From an uncultured Gammaproteobacteria bacterium (GTDB taxonomy: Bacteria; Patescibacteriota; Patescibacteriia; Patescibacteriales; GWC2-42-12), in assembly GCA_964560005.1 (NCBI GenBank), contig CAZLKB010000004.1, forward strand, positions 76,112-140,111: a stretch of DNA of 64,000 nucleotides. The letters are read 5' to 3'. Position numbers and translations under genes: made by a program. A model generated the notes under the pieces. It did not search any database and was not told the DNA's origin. It saw nothing but the letters and a program-made list of their open reading frames with translations. Of the stretch, positions 16,690-24,800 are shown in pieces. Positions within the stretch are counted from its first letter, which is position 1, and the number at the start of each line of letters is the position of its first letter.

Positions 16690-17931
16690 ATGAATAAACC
16701 CCAGATGCTAGAGGGCTCACGCGCCATCGCCCTGACTATCAACAATATTAAACCCACGGTTATTTCCGCTTATCCGATCACGCCGCAAACGCATATCGTC
16801 GAAGACCTGGCTAAATTTAAAGCCGACGGCCAAGTTGAATACGAGTATGTTAGGGCTGAATCGGAATTTGCCGCCGCTTCAATCGTGGCCGGCGCCTCGG
16901 CGGCCGGGGTCAGGACTTATAGCGCCACCAGTTCGCAAGGGCTTCTCCTAATGGCTGAAGTGATTTTTAATATCGCCGGCATGCGCTTGCCCGTGGTGAT
17001 GACTTGCGCCAATCGCGCGGTTTCCGCGCCGATTAATATTTGGAACGATCAGCAGGATGTGATGGCTATTAGAGACGCGGGCTGGATTTTACTTTTTGCC
17101 GAAAATCACCAGGAAGCGGTTAATCAGCATATTATGGCTTTTAAAATCGCCGAGCAGCTTAAAATACCGGTAATGGTCAATGTAGACGGGTATATTATGA
17201 CCCATACTTATGAACCGGTGATCATTCCTACGGCCGAACAGATAAAAAAGTATTTGCCTGATTATAAACCAGCGGCCGGACAATTTTTAGACACGAAAAA
17301 CCCGGCAACCTTAGGCGCCCTGGCCACGCCGGCTCATTATCTGGAAATTCGCCAGGAACTGCACGACGACCTAATCGCCAGCCTTAAAACCATTAAACAA
17401 GAATATGACAGTTTTAATAAAATCATTCCTTCATTAAAAATTAAAAATTACAAAATTAAAAATTTTAGTAAAACTTCAATAATAGTTGATACTGGGTTGT
17501 TTGAATATACCGGTCCTAAATCTCCACGAACAGTGCTGGTTGCCATGGGTTCGGTCGTCGGCACTATTAAAGACACTGTCAGCAACTTCCCCCCTGACAA
17601 GGGGGGCAAGGGGGGTTTTTCCTCTGGCGGAAAAGATGAGAGCAAGGTTGGCATTTTAAAAATCAAAGCTTTTAGGCCTTTTCCGGCAGATCAAATCCTT
17701 AAAATAATTAAACCGGCCAAAAATATTGCCGTGATAGATAAATCCATCTCCTTAGGTCATATCGGAACGCTAGCCTCAGACATTAAAGCCGTAGCTCAAG
17801 GAAAAATCAATGCTAATATTTCCAGTTTCGTCGTCGGCCTGGGGGGGCGCGATATTACTAAAGAGATAATTAAAAAAATTATTAAATTAGCCAATAGAAA
17901 AAGCGACGGAGCGCAATTTATTGGAAAATAA
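16690..17931 (+). CDS. porA: Pyruvate:ferredoxin oxidoreductase alpha subunit with repeat-derived inserts
   Basis: 'EGSRAIALTI...AYPITPQT.IVE', typical of PorA. Extra segments are 'SLKIKNYKIKNFS' (nt ~17434-17466) and 'FPPDKGGKGGFSSGG' (nt 17589-17615). Confidence 0.9.
   Translation: MNKPQMLEGSRAIALTINNIKPTVISAYPITPQTHIVEDLAKFKADGQVEYEYVRAESEFAAASIVAGASAAGVRTYSATSSQGLLLMAEVIFNIAGMRLPVVMTCANRAVSAPINIWNDQQDVMAIRDAGWILLFAENHQEAVNQHIMAFKIAEQLKIPVMVNVDGYIMTHTYEPVIIPTAEQIKKYLPDYKPAAGQFLDTKNPATLGALATPAHYLEIRQELHDDLIASLKTIKQEYDSFNKIIPSLKIKNYKIKNFSKTSIIVDTGLFEYTGPKSPRTVLVAMGSVVGTIKDTVSNFPPDKGGKGGFSSGGKDESKVGILKIKAFRPFPADQILKIIKPAKNIAVIDKSISLGHIGTLASDIKAVAQGKINANISSFVVGLGGRDITKEIIKKIIKLANRKSDGAQFIGK
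17589..17615. repeat. CCCCCC/GGGGGG mini-hairpin in frame inside porA
   Basis: CCCCCCTGACAAGGGGGGCAAGGGGGG. Confidence 0.7.
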
Positions 17932-18067
17932 ATTAATTTTCAATTTACAATTTTCAATGAATCTACAATTAATTAATTTTCAAACAAATTTTTTGTAGCT
18001 GTTTGAAAATTTAAACATTAAATCATTGAACATTGTTAGAAAATTGAAAATTGAAAATTGAAAATTT
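17932..18067. repeat. Family B palindromic module
   Basis: AATTTTCAATTTACAATTTTCAATGAA... is mirrored by ...GAAAATTGAAAATTGAAAATTGAAAATTT. It forms the left border of the block inserted in the por operon. Confidence 0.85.
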
Positions 18068-18661
18068 ATGCTTAAGTCTTTCCCCAAAATATTAATTATC
18101 GCCTTTCTCTCAATTTTTATTATCCAATCATTCTGTTTAATTTTATTGTTAACTTTACCCCTGGCTAGCCAGGCAGCCGAAATTAAATTCATACCGCAAG
18201 TCGGCATTCCTAATTCTGAATTTGACGCGGGTAAAGGTTACACTTTTGTTAAAGATGACTCTACCGCGCCGATTGCTAAATATATTAAAGCCATTTATCA
18301 ATACGGTATCGGCATTGTCGGCATCTTGGCCGCCGTGGTCTTAATGTACGGCGGCGTGCTCTGGATCGTGGCCGGCGGCAACGCCTCGCAAGTCGGCGAA
18401 GCTAAAGCCTGGATCGGCGCCGCCCTGACCGGCCTGATTTTAGCCCTGACTTCTTATATGATTTTAAATACAATTAACCCCGCGCTGGTGAATTTGCAGA
18501 CTACGCCGGTACCGGGGGTGAAAGAAGCGCCTGCTACTGATAAGGGCTGTTGTATAACGCCAGATGCTACAAACGAAAATAACACCGAGGACGAATGTAA
18601 GTCAAAGGCTGGCGCTACCCAGGATTATGACTGGAGTGAAATAATGTGCCCTATAACATAA
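18068..18661 (+). CDS. VirB2/TrbC-like (CPR 'T4SS pilin'-like) membrane protein with a Cys-rich C-terminal tail
   Basis: 197 aa. Signal peptide, then 'YIKAIYQYGIGIVGILAAVVLMYGGVLWIVAGGNASQVGEAKAWIGAALTGLILALTSYMILNTI', which is two hydrophobic helices joined by a short polar loop. The tail is 'CCITPDA..ECKS..IMC'. Confidence 0.55.
   Translation: MLKSFPKILIIAFLSIFIIQSFCLILLLTLPLASQAAEIKFIPQVGIPNSEFDAGKGYTFVKDDSTAPIAKYIKAIYQYGIGIVGILAAVVLMYGGVLWIVAGGNASQVGEAKAWIGAALTGLILALTSYMILNTINPALVNLQTTPVPGVKEAPATDKGCCITPDATNENNTEDECKSKAGATQDYDWSEIMCPIT
18281..18504 (+). repeat. 224-bp segment 100% identical to 19187-19410
   Basis: Read base by base, from TATATTAAAGCCATTTATCAATACGG to AATTTGCAGACTAC. The flanks are unrelated. 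Confidence 0.95.
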
Positions 18662-18844
18662 CAATCTTATTAATTTATAATAAAATATTAATTACTTACT
18701 TTTCCAATCACGCCGAGAATAATTTTACATTCTAAAAAACATAAAATAAGTTTTTATAAAAACCGGTTGGAGTGGCTATAGCTATGCCGAAAAAATTTGG
18801 TAGAAAAACCGGACTCATAACTATACCCACCAATAATAAAATTT

Positions 18845-19744
18845 ATGTTTAAATTAATTTCCAAAATTGTTGTTATAATTTTTCTTTCAATCTTATTTTT
18901 TCAAATCAATACAACATATGCCGCAAATGAATGCGTCTGGGCGTATAAAATTAACGGCCTATGCAGTGCACAGGGTCTAGGTTATGATGTAGCTGATAAC
19001 AGTTGCTCTAATGTCAGTAAACCCCTGGGTTGCGCGGGTGGTGCCAATTTTTCTTGTAAATGTTGCTGTACAACAAAGTCCGAGTCATCATCCGCTTCAA
19101 AAACTGGAATTAACTTTAAGCCTCAAGTTGAGGGGCTGACTTATAATTTTAACAATTCCGATACTACTACCGGCAATATCGCCAACTATATTAAAGCCAT
19201 TTATCAATACGGTATCGGCATTGTCGGCATCTTGGCCGCCGTGGTCTTAATGTACGGCGGCGTGCTCTGGATCGTGGCCGGCGGCAACGCCTCGCAAGTC
19301 GGCGAAGCTAAAGCCTGGATCGGCGCCGCCCTGACCGGCCTGATTTTAGCCCTGACTTCTTATATGATTTTAAATACAATTAACCCCGCGCTGGTGAATT
19401 TGCAGACTACCAGTGTGCCGGGGGTGACAGAAATGGCAACTGGTAGTTGCACTACTCCTGCAGATTTGGATACAGGAAACGTTACCTGTACAGATAACGT
19501 TTTAAAAGAAAATTGTAAATATAACTTCGCAAAAGGTGAAACGTGTCCTCAGGCGTGCTGTCTTTGGGGAAAATTTGGAACAAGAGATCTTTGGAATGGT
19601 TGCTTTGCTTCAAAAAATTTAATTGAAAGTGATTGCAAAAGAACTGGTGGGTCTGATGCATTATATATACCTAACGCTGCAAATATCGCGTGTCAAATTG
19701 ATAAATTGAATAGCAGTATATATACTGGATGTACAAAAAAATAA
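18845..19744 (+). CDS. VirB2/TrbC-like pilin paralog with Cys-rich N- and C-terminal ectodomains
   Basis: 299 aa with the same hairpin core as 18068-18661. The N-terminal part is 'ECVWAYKINGLCSAQ..CSNVSKPLGCAGGANFSCKCCC' and the C-terminal domain carries about 11 Cys. Confidence 0.55.
   Translation: MFKLISKIVVIIFLSILFFQINTTYAANECVWAYKINGLCSAQGLGYDVADNSCSNVSKPLGCAGGANFSCKCCCTTKSESSSASKTGINFKPQVEGLTYNFNNSDTTTGNIANYIKAIYQYGIGIVGILAAVVLMYGGVLWIVAGGNASQVGEAKAWIGAALTGLILALTSYMILNTINPALVNLQTTSVPGVTEMATGSCTTPADLDTGNVTCTDNVLKENCKYNFAKGETCPQACCLWGKFGTRDLWNGCFASKNLIESDCKRTGGSDALYIPNAANIACQIDKLNSSIYTGCTKK
19187..19410 (+). repeat. 224-bp segment 100% identical to 18281-18504
   Basis: See the paired feature at 18281-18504. 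Confidence 0.95.
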
Positions 19745-19745
19745 T

Positions 19746-19861
19746 TATGCTATACTTTACTAAATACGCTGACCCGCCTACACTAAAGCTACCGCGGGTA
19801 AAAAATAAATTTATCTTGAATATAACTTATAATTTATGCTCTACTTTACTAAATACGCTGA
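19746..19861 (+). repeat. 27-bp direct duplication of the start of the next gene, flanking a GC hairpin
   Basis: TATGCTATACTTTACTAAATACGCTGA (19746-19772) against TATGCTCTACTTTACTAAATACGCTGA (19835-19861). Between them lies ACCCGC-N16-GCGGGT. Confidence 0.85.
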
Positions 19862-20051
19862 AAATAAATTTGATATCCTAAACAAGCATAAAGTTTTTTT
19901 TACGCGAGAACAGGTTGAAGACGCTGTGGCCACGCCGGACAAACCGGGCAGAAAAGCCGGATTTCTAACAATTAAAAAGGATAATATTAAAGTTATTTAT
20001 AAAAAAGAGGCTGGAGTGATTAAAATAATCACTTTTTATCCAGTTAAATAA
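19836..20051 (+). CDS. DUF4258-like small protein (putative toxin component)
   Basis: 71 aa. The pattern 'F.KYA..K...... ...V..A...PD...... ...IKVIYKKEAGVIKIITFYP' resembles the DUF4258 family. Confidence 0.5.
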   Translation: MLYFTKYAENKFDILNKHKVFFTREQVEDAVATPDKPGRKAGFLTIKKDNIKVIYKKEAGVIKIITFYPVK

Positions 20052-20167
20052 TCCGAATACTACAATTGATAAGCGAATACTACGAATAAAATGTTTAAGG
20101 TAAAAATTAGGTGAATAGTTTTTGTAGTATTTGGATATCATTTGTAGTATTCGGATTATAATATTAT
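20052..20167. repeat. AT-rich palindromic module (GAATACTAC words)
   Basis: AATCCGAATACTACAA ... TTGTAGTATTCGGATT is a perfect 16-bp inverted repeat, with further inner word copies. Confidence 0.85.
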
Positions 20168-20377
20168 ATGCAATACGACGCTGAAACCAATATTTTAAGC
20201 TGGGAAATAACCAAAGATCCAATTGACCGCTGTTTGGAGCTCGGCAATTTTATTATCCACTTGTCAAAAGGAAAAAAACCGGTTTTAATTGAAGTACTAA
20301 ACGCCTCAAAGTTCGTGGGGCAGATGGACAAAATAAAACTTGAGAGTATAAAAAAACAGATGATGGAAACGAACTAA
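20168..20377 (+). CDS. DUF2283-like small protein (putative antitoxin component)
   Basis: 69 aa. 'MQYDAETNILSWEI...PVLIEVLNASKF' matches the DUF2283 pattern (YD.E.D.L.. .....IEIL.AS). Confidence 0.55.
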   Translation: MQYDAETNILSWEITKDPIDRCLELGNFIIHLSKGKKPVLIEVLNASKFVGQMDKIKLESIKKQMMETN

Positions 20378-20546
20378 CTAATTTTCAATTTTCAATTTCT
20401 AAACAATTTCCAATGTTAAAATTATTCAATTTTTTAAACAGTCGCAATATATTAGTTTGAAAATTAGAGCATTAAGTCATTAAAAATTGTTTGAAAATTG
20501 AAAATTGGGATTTGAAAATTAATAAATTTGGATAAAAAAGTAAAGT
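20378..20546. repeat. Family B palindromic module
   Basis: AATTTTCAATTTTCAATTTC... is mirrored by ...TTGTTTGAAAATTGAAAATTGGGATTTGAAAATT. It shares GAAAATTGGGATTTGAAAATT with 16536-16689 and forms the right border of the block inserted in the por operon. Confidence 0.85.
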
Positions 20547-21497
20547 ATGAATAATATAATAACAGTCAAAAAATCATCTGATTCTAAAAAAACCCTCCTC
20601 TCCCCCGGCCATAGGGGTTGCGCCGGCTGCGGCCAGATGATCGCGGCTCGGCTGGTAGTCGACGCGCTCGGACCCAATACTATTATTGCCAACGCCACCG
20701 GTTGTTTGGAAGTCGTCACTACGGCTTATCCGGAAAGCTCCTGGGGCATGCCCTGGGTGCATTCGCTTTTTGAAAATGCCTCCGCCGTGGCCAGCGGAAT
20801 TAGAGCGGCATTGGATTATAAGGAAAAAAAATCTCCCCAAACCACTCTTGCTAAGGGGGGCGTTAAAGTAGTTGCGCAGGGCGGTGATGGCGGCACTTTT
20901 GATATCGGCTTCGGCTTAATTAGCGGCATGTGGGAACGGGGCGAAAATATTTTATATGTTTGCTACGATAACGAAGGTTATATGAACACCGGGGCTCAAG
21001 CGTCTGCCTCTACTCCTTGGGCGGCCAATACCACCACTACTCCAGCCGGCAGTTCACCTGAATTAGCCGGCATGGGCTCGCATTTTATGAAAAAAAATAT
21101 GCTGGCGATCGCTTTAGCTCATGGCTTAAAATATGTGGCCCAAACCACAGTCGCCTACCCTCTGGATATAGTAAAAAAAGTAAAAAAAGCCATTGCTACA
21201 CCGGGTCCGTCATACCTGCAGATTCTAGTGCCCTGCATCCCGGGCTGGAAGACTGAACCAAAAGACACTATTCAATTAGCTAAATTAGCCGCTCTAACCG
21301 GAATCTACCCGGTTGTGGAATATATTAATGGCCAGCTGTCCGAAGTCGTAAAAAGGCCGGCTGATTATCCTCGAGTTGAAGAATATCTAAAGCCCCAGGG
21401 CCGATTTAAGCATTTATTTCGCGATGAACGCGGTAAAGAGCAAATCGCCTATATCCAAAAATTGGCGGATCAGAATACGAAAAAATATAATTTGTAA
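20547..21497 (+). CDS. porB: Pyruvate:ferredoxin oxidoreductase beta subunit (TPP-binding)
   Basis: 'GHRGCAGCG', 'GGDGGTFDIGF' and 'CYDNEGYMNTG'. An extra 'KKSPQTTLAKGGVK' comes from a CCCC..GGGGGG hairpin at 20835-20860. Confidence 0.9.
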   Translation: MNNIITVKKSSDSKKTLLSPGHRGCAGCGQMIAARLVVDALGPNTIIANATGCLEVVTTAYPESSWGMPWVHSLFENASAVASGIRAALDYKEKKSPQTTLAKGGVKVVAQGGDGGTFDIGFGLISGMWERGENILYVCYDNEGYMNTGAQASASTPWAANTTTTPAGSSPELAGMGSHFMKKNMLAIALAHGLKYVAQTTVAYPLDIVKKVKKAIATPGPSYLQILVPCIPGWKTEPKDTIQLAKLAALTGIYPVVEYINGQLSEVVKRPADYPRVEEYLKPQGRFKHLFRDERGKEQIAYIQKLADQNTKKYNL

Positions 21498-21525
21498 ACC
21501 CTGATTATCATAAAAAAATCCAAAC

Positions 21526-21568
21526 AAAAAAGGCATCGGGCTTAGCCGCAATGCCTTTTTTGTTTTTT
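21526..21568 (+). terminator. Intrinsic terminator after porB
   Basis: AGGCAT-CGGGCTTAGCCGCA-ATGCCT followed by TTTTTTGTTTTTT. Confidence 0.8.
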
Positions 21569-21806
21569 ATCTATAAAGAACAAGTAAATATATTTAAACT
21601 GTCTGGCAAAGATATTATTTTTGAGCGGCTCCTCGGTGCTTGCCTCTGAGCCAAAACGGCCAACCAGAAAGAAATTGTAGCTATTTTTTATAAAAAATCT
21701 ACATTAATTAGCAATGAAAAAAGATTTTTTATAAAAAATGCCCAAATTTCATCTTAAGCGAAAAAGTAGTATTCCACTCGGCAGCCGTTCCGCTAAAATG
21801 ACTAAT

Positions 21807-21845
21807 ATTTAACCTCCCCTACCCCTCCTTTAAAAGGAGGGCTTT
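21807..21845 (-). repeat. 39-bp element, copy 2 (inverted relative to 24-63)
   Basis: ATTTAACCTCCCCTACCCCTCCTTTAAAAGGAGGGCTTT. It lies immediately 3' of the rpoC stop codon. Confidence 0.85.
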
Positions 21846-24800
21846 TTACTCTTTCACCCGATACCCCGTCCCGGCCGGAATCGGCCGACCAATGATGACA
21901 TTCTCCTTCAGGCCTTCAAGGTGATCAATCTTGCCGGTTACGGCCGCGTCAATTAGAACTCTGGCGGTTTCCTGAAACGACGCCGCCGACAGAAAACTAT
22001 TAGTGGTCAAAGACGATTTGGTGATGCCCAATAATAGCTCCTCGCCCCGAGCTTCTTTTTGACCGGCCGCCCGCGTCTCGTCGTTAGTCTGATCAAAGAT
22101 GGCTTTTTCAACGATTTCTCCGGGCAATAAGACAGTATCTCCCGCGTCGTTAACATAAACCCGAGAAAACATCTGACGCGCGATAATTTCAATATGCTTA
22201 TCGTTCAGGGGCTGGCCTTGGGACGAATAAACATATTGAATTTCTTTAATAATATATTTTTGCGCCGCCAGCTTGTCTCTTAGCTTGTACAGCTGGTGCA
22301 AATCCAGCGAGCCGTCGGTCAACTGATCGCCGATTTTTACTTTCTCGCCGTCTTTAACCCAAATGCCAAAGCCTTTTGGCACAATATATTCCTTGACTTT
22401 TTCCGCTTGACTAACCACTTTTAGGCTTTTATCTTCTAATCTTACTATACCGGCTTTCTTAGCATTAAATACTTTTTTACCGATAGAAAATAATTCGCTA
22501 TTTTTTTCAACCGAAGCGCCGTCTTTAACCAATATTTTCACGGCCTGCTTTTTATTATTTTTATTCTCCAACACCGCTTCTTTCGCCGACTCGTTAAAAT
22601 GATATTTATCTGTTTCCTGCCCCTCATAATATATCTTCAAAATTTTTGATTGCGGATTGGAAATAATCATCTCTCCGCCCTCATTAGCAATGGTTCTTTG
22701 GGCGGTTTCAATCTCAACGGTGCCGGCTACATCAGCGATAAAAGCTTTCTTCTTCGGCGGCCGGCCTTCAAAAATTTCTTCCACCCGGGGAAGCCCCTGG
22801 GTAATATCTTCCTGACCGGCCACGCCTCCGGTGTGGAAAGTTCTCATAGTCAGCTGAGTACCCGGCTCGCCGATTGACTGGGCGGCGATAATCCCAACGG
22901 CTGTGCCGATAGCTACCGGTTTATTATAAGCCAAATCGTAGCCATAGCATTTTGAACAGACGCCGCGATGGACTTTACAGGTTAAAATTGATTTAATTTT
23001 GGCTTGGGTAATATCTTCCTTGGCAATTTTTTCCGCAATCTCTTCAGTAACCAATTCACCGGCTTTGAGCAAAGTTTTACCGGCTTTATTCTTTAAGTCA
23101 GCTGCCAGGTATCTCCCGGTCAAACGCCTCATCATGGTCTCGCCCATGGCTTCGCTTTCTTCTTTAATTATGAGTAGTCCTTCTTTATCGCCGCAGTCGT
23201 CCTTAACTATGATAATATCCTGGGAGACATCAACTAAGCGCCTGGTCAAATAACCAGCGTTGGAGGTTCTAAGAGCAGTATCGGACAAGCCTTTTCTGAC
23301 GCCGTGGGTGGAGATAAAATATTCCAAAACGCTAAAGCCTTTCTTAAAATTCCCTTTAACCGGCAATTCAATAATATCGCCTCCCGGAGAGGTTACTAAG
23401 CCCTTCATGCCTAAAACCTGGGTTAACTGCGCCCAGCTCCCCCGAGCACCAGATTCAATCATGGAATAAACCGGACCGTTTTTAGGCAGATGATTGCGGC
23501 AAATTTCCGTAACTTTTTCTTTTACCGTAGTCCAAAGTTCAATAATTTTACTATAGCGCTCGCTATCGGTTAATAAGCCGTCGCGGTATTGTTCGGCGAT
23601 TTCTTCGGCTTGCTTGGTAGCATTGACAATCATTTGATCTTTCTCGTATAGATGAGGAATATCGTCCATACCCCAAGATAGGCCGCTCTTGGTAATATAT
23701 CGGAAGCTCGTATTCTTAATTTGATCCAATAACTCTATGGTTGTCTGCTCGCCAAAATGCCTTAAACATTCCTTAATCAAATTTTTAAGTTTGCCCTTGC
23801 CTACTGTCTCGTTGACATACCTAAGCTTGACCGGCAAGGCTTCGTTAAAGACTACTCTGCCGACCGAGGTAATAACGGGCTTGCCGTTGATTATGACCCT
23901 GATTTTTTGCTGTAATTTTATATTTTTCAGGTCATAGGATAAAATCGCGTCCTGGGGCGAATAAAAATTCTTTAATTTGGTTTCATCCGCGGTTAAATAA
24001 TCCTGGCCGACATTGGTAATATAAAAAGCTCCCCAGACAATATCTTGATTCGGCGTTACTACCGGGTCGCCGGTGGCCGGCTTTAATAAATTGTGGCTAC
24101 TAAGCATAATGTCGCGGGCTTCGGCAATCGCTTCCTCGGTTAAAGGAACGTGAACGGCCATTTGGTCGCCATCAAAGTCAGCATTAAATGCCGTGCAGAC
24201 CAGGGGGTGAATTTGTAAAGCCAAGCCTTCAATTAAAATCGGCCTGAAAGCCTGAATACCTAAACGATGTAAAGTTGGCGCTCGATTTAAAAAGACATAA
24301 GCGCCCTTGACAATATCTTCTAAAATATCCCAAACCTCCTCTTTGCCGGAGTCAATAAAACGAGAAGCGCTTCTAACATTATGAACGATTTCTTTATTAA
24401 TCAGCTTGGAAATAATAAAAGGCTTAAACAATTCCAAGGCCATGCGCTTAGGCAAGCCGCATTGGTCCAGTTTTAAATTAGGATTAACCACAATAACGCT
24501 CCGGCCGGAATAATCTACTCTCTTGCCGAGTAAGTTCTGCCTAAACCGGCCTTGCTTGCCTTTCAAGGAATCGGCCAACGACTTTAGCATTCTTTTTTGT
24601 CCGGTTGAAGCCACCACGGTCTTGCCGTGCCTGATAGAATTATCAACCAAGGCGTCAACCGCTTCCTGGAGCATTCTTTTTTCATTGCGGCAGATTACTT
24701 CAGGCGCGTTTAAATCAATCAGCTGTTTCAAACGGTTATTGCGATTAATGATACGGCGGTACAAATCGTTTAAATCAGAGGTGGCAAACCGGCCGCCGTC

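Noticed and set aside
18068-19744. Calling a type IV secretion system locus on the basis of the pilin-like genes.
   Set aside because: No VirB4/TraC ATPase, VirB6, VirB8-10, VirD4 or relaxase genes are present in the window. Only the pilin-like fold is supported, and only by pattern.
17932-20546. Integron-like reading: imperfect palindromes between genes as attC sites, with the por-interrupting block as cassettes.
   Set aside because: There is no IntI-type integrase or attI site. The palindromes lack the conserved attC R''/R' (GTTRRRY) cores. They flank core housekeeping genes everywhere, not a cassette array. I kept only the weaker idea that they may act as recombination substrates.
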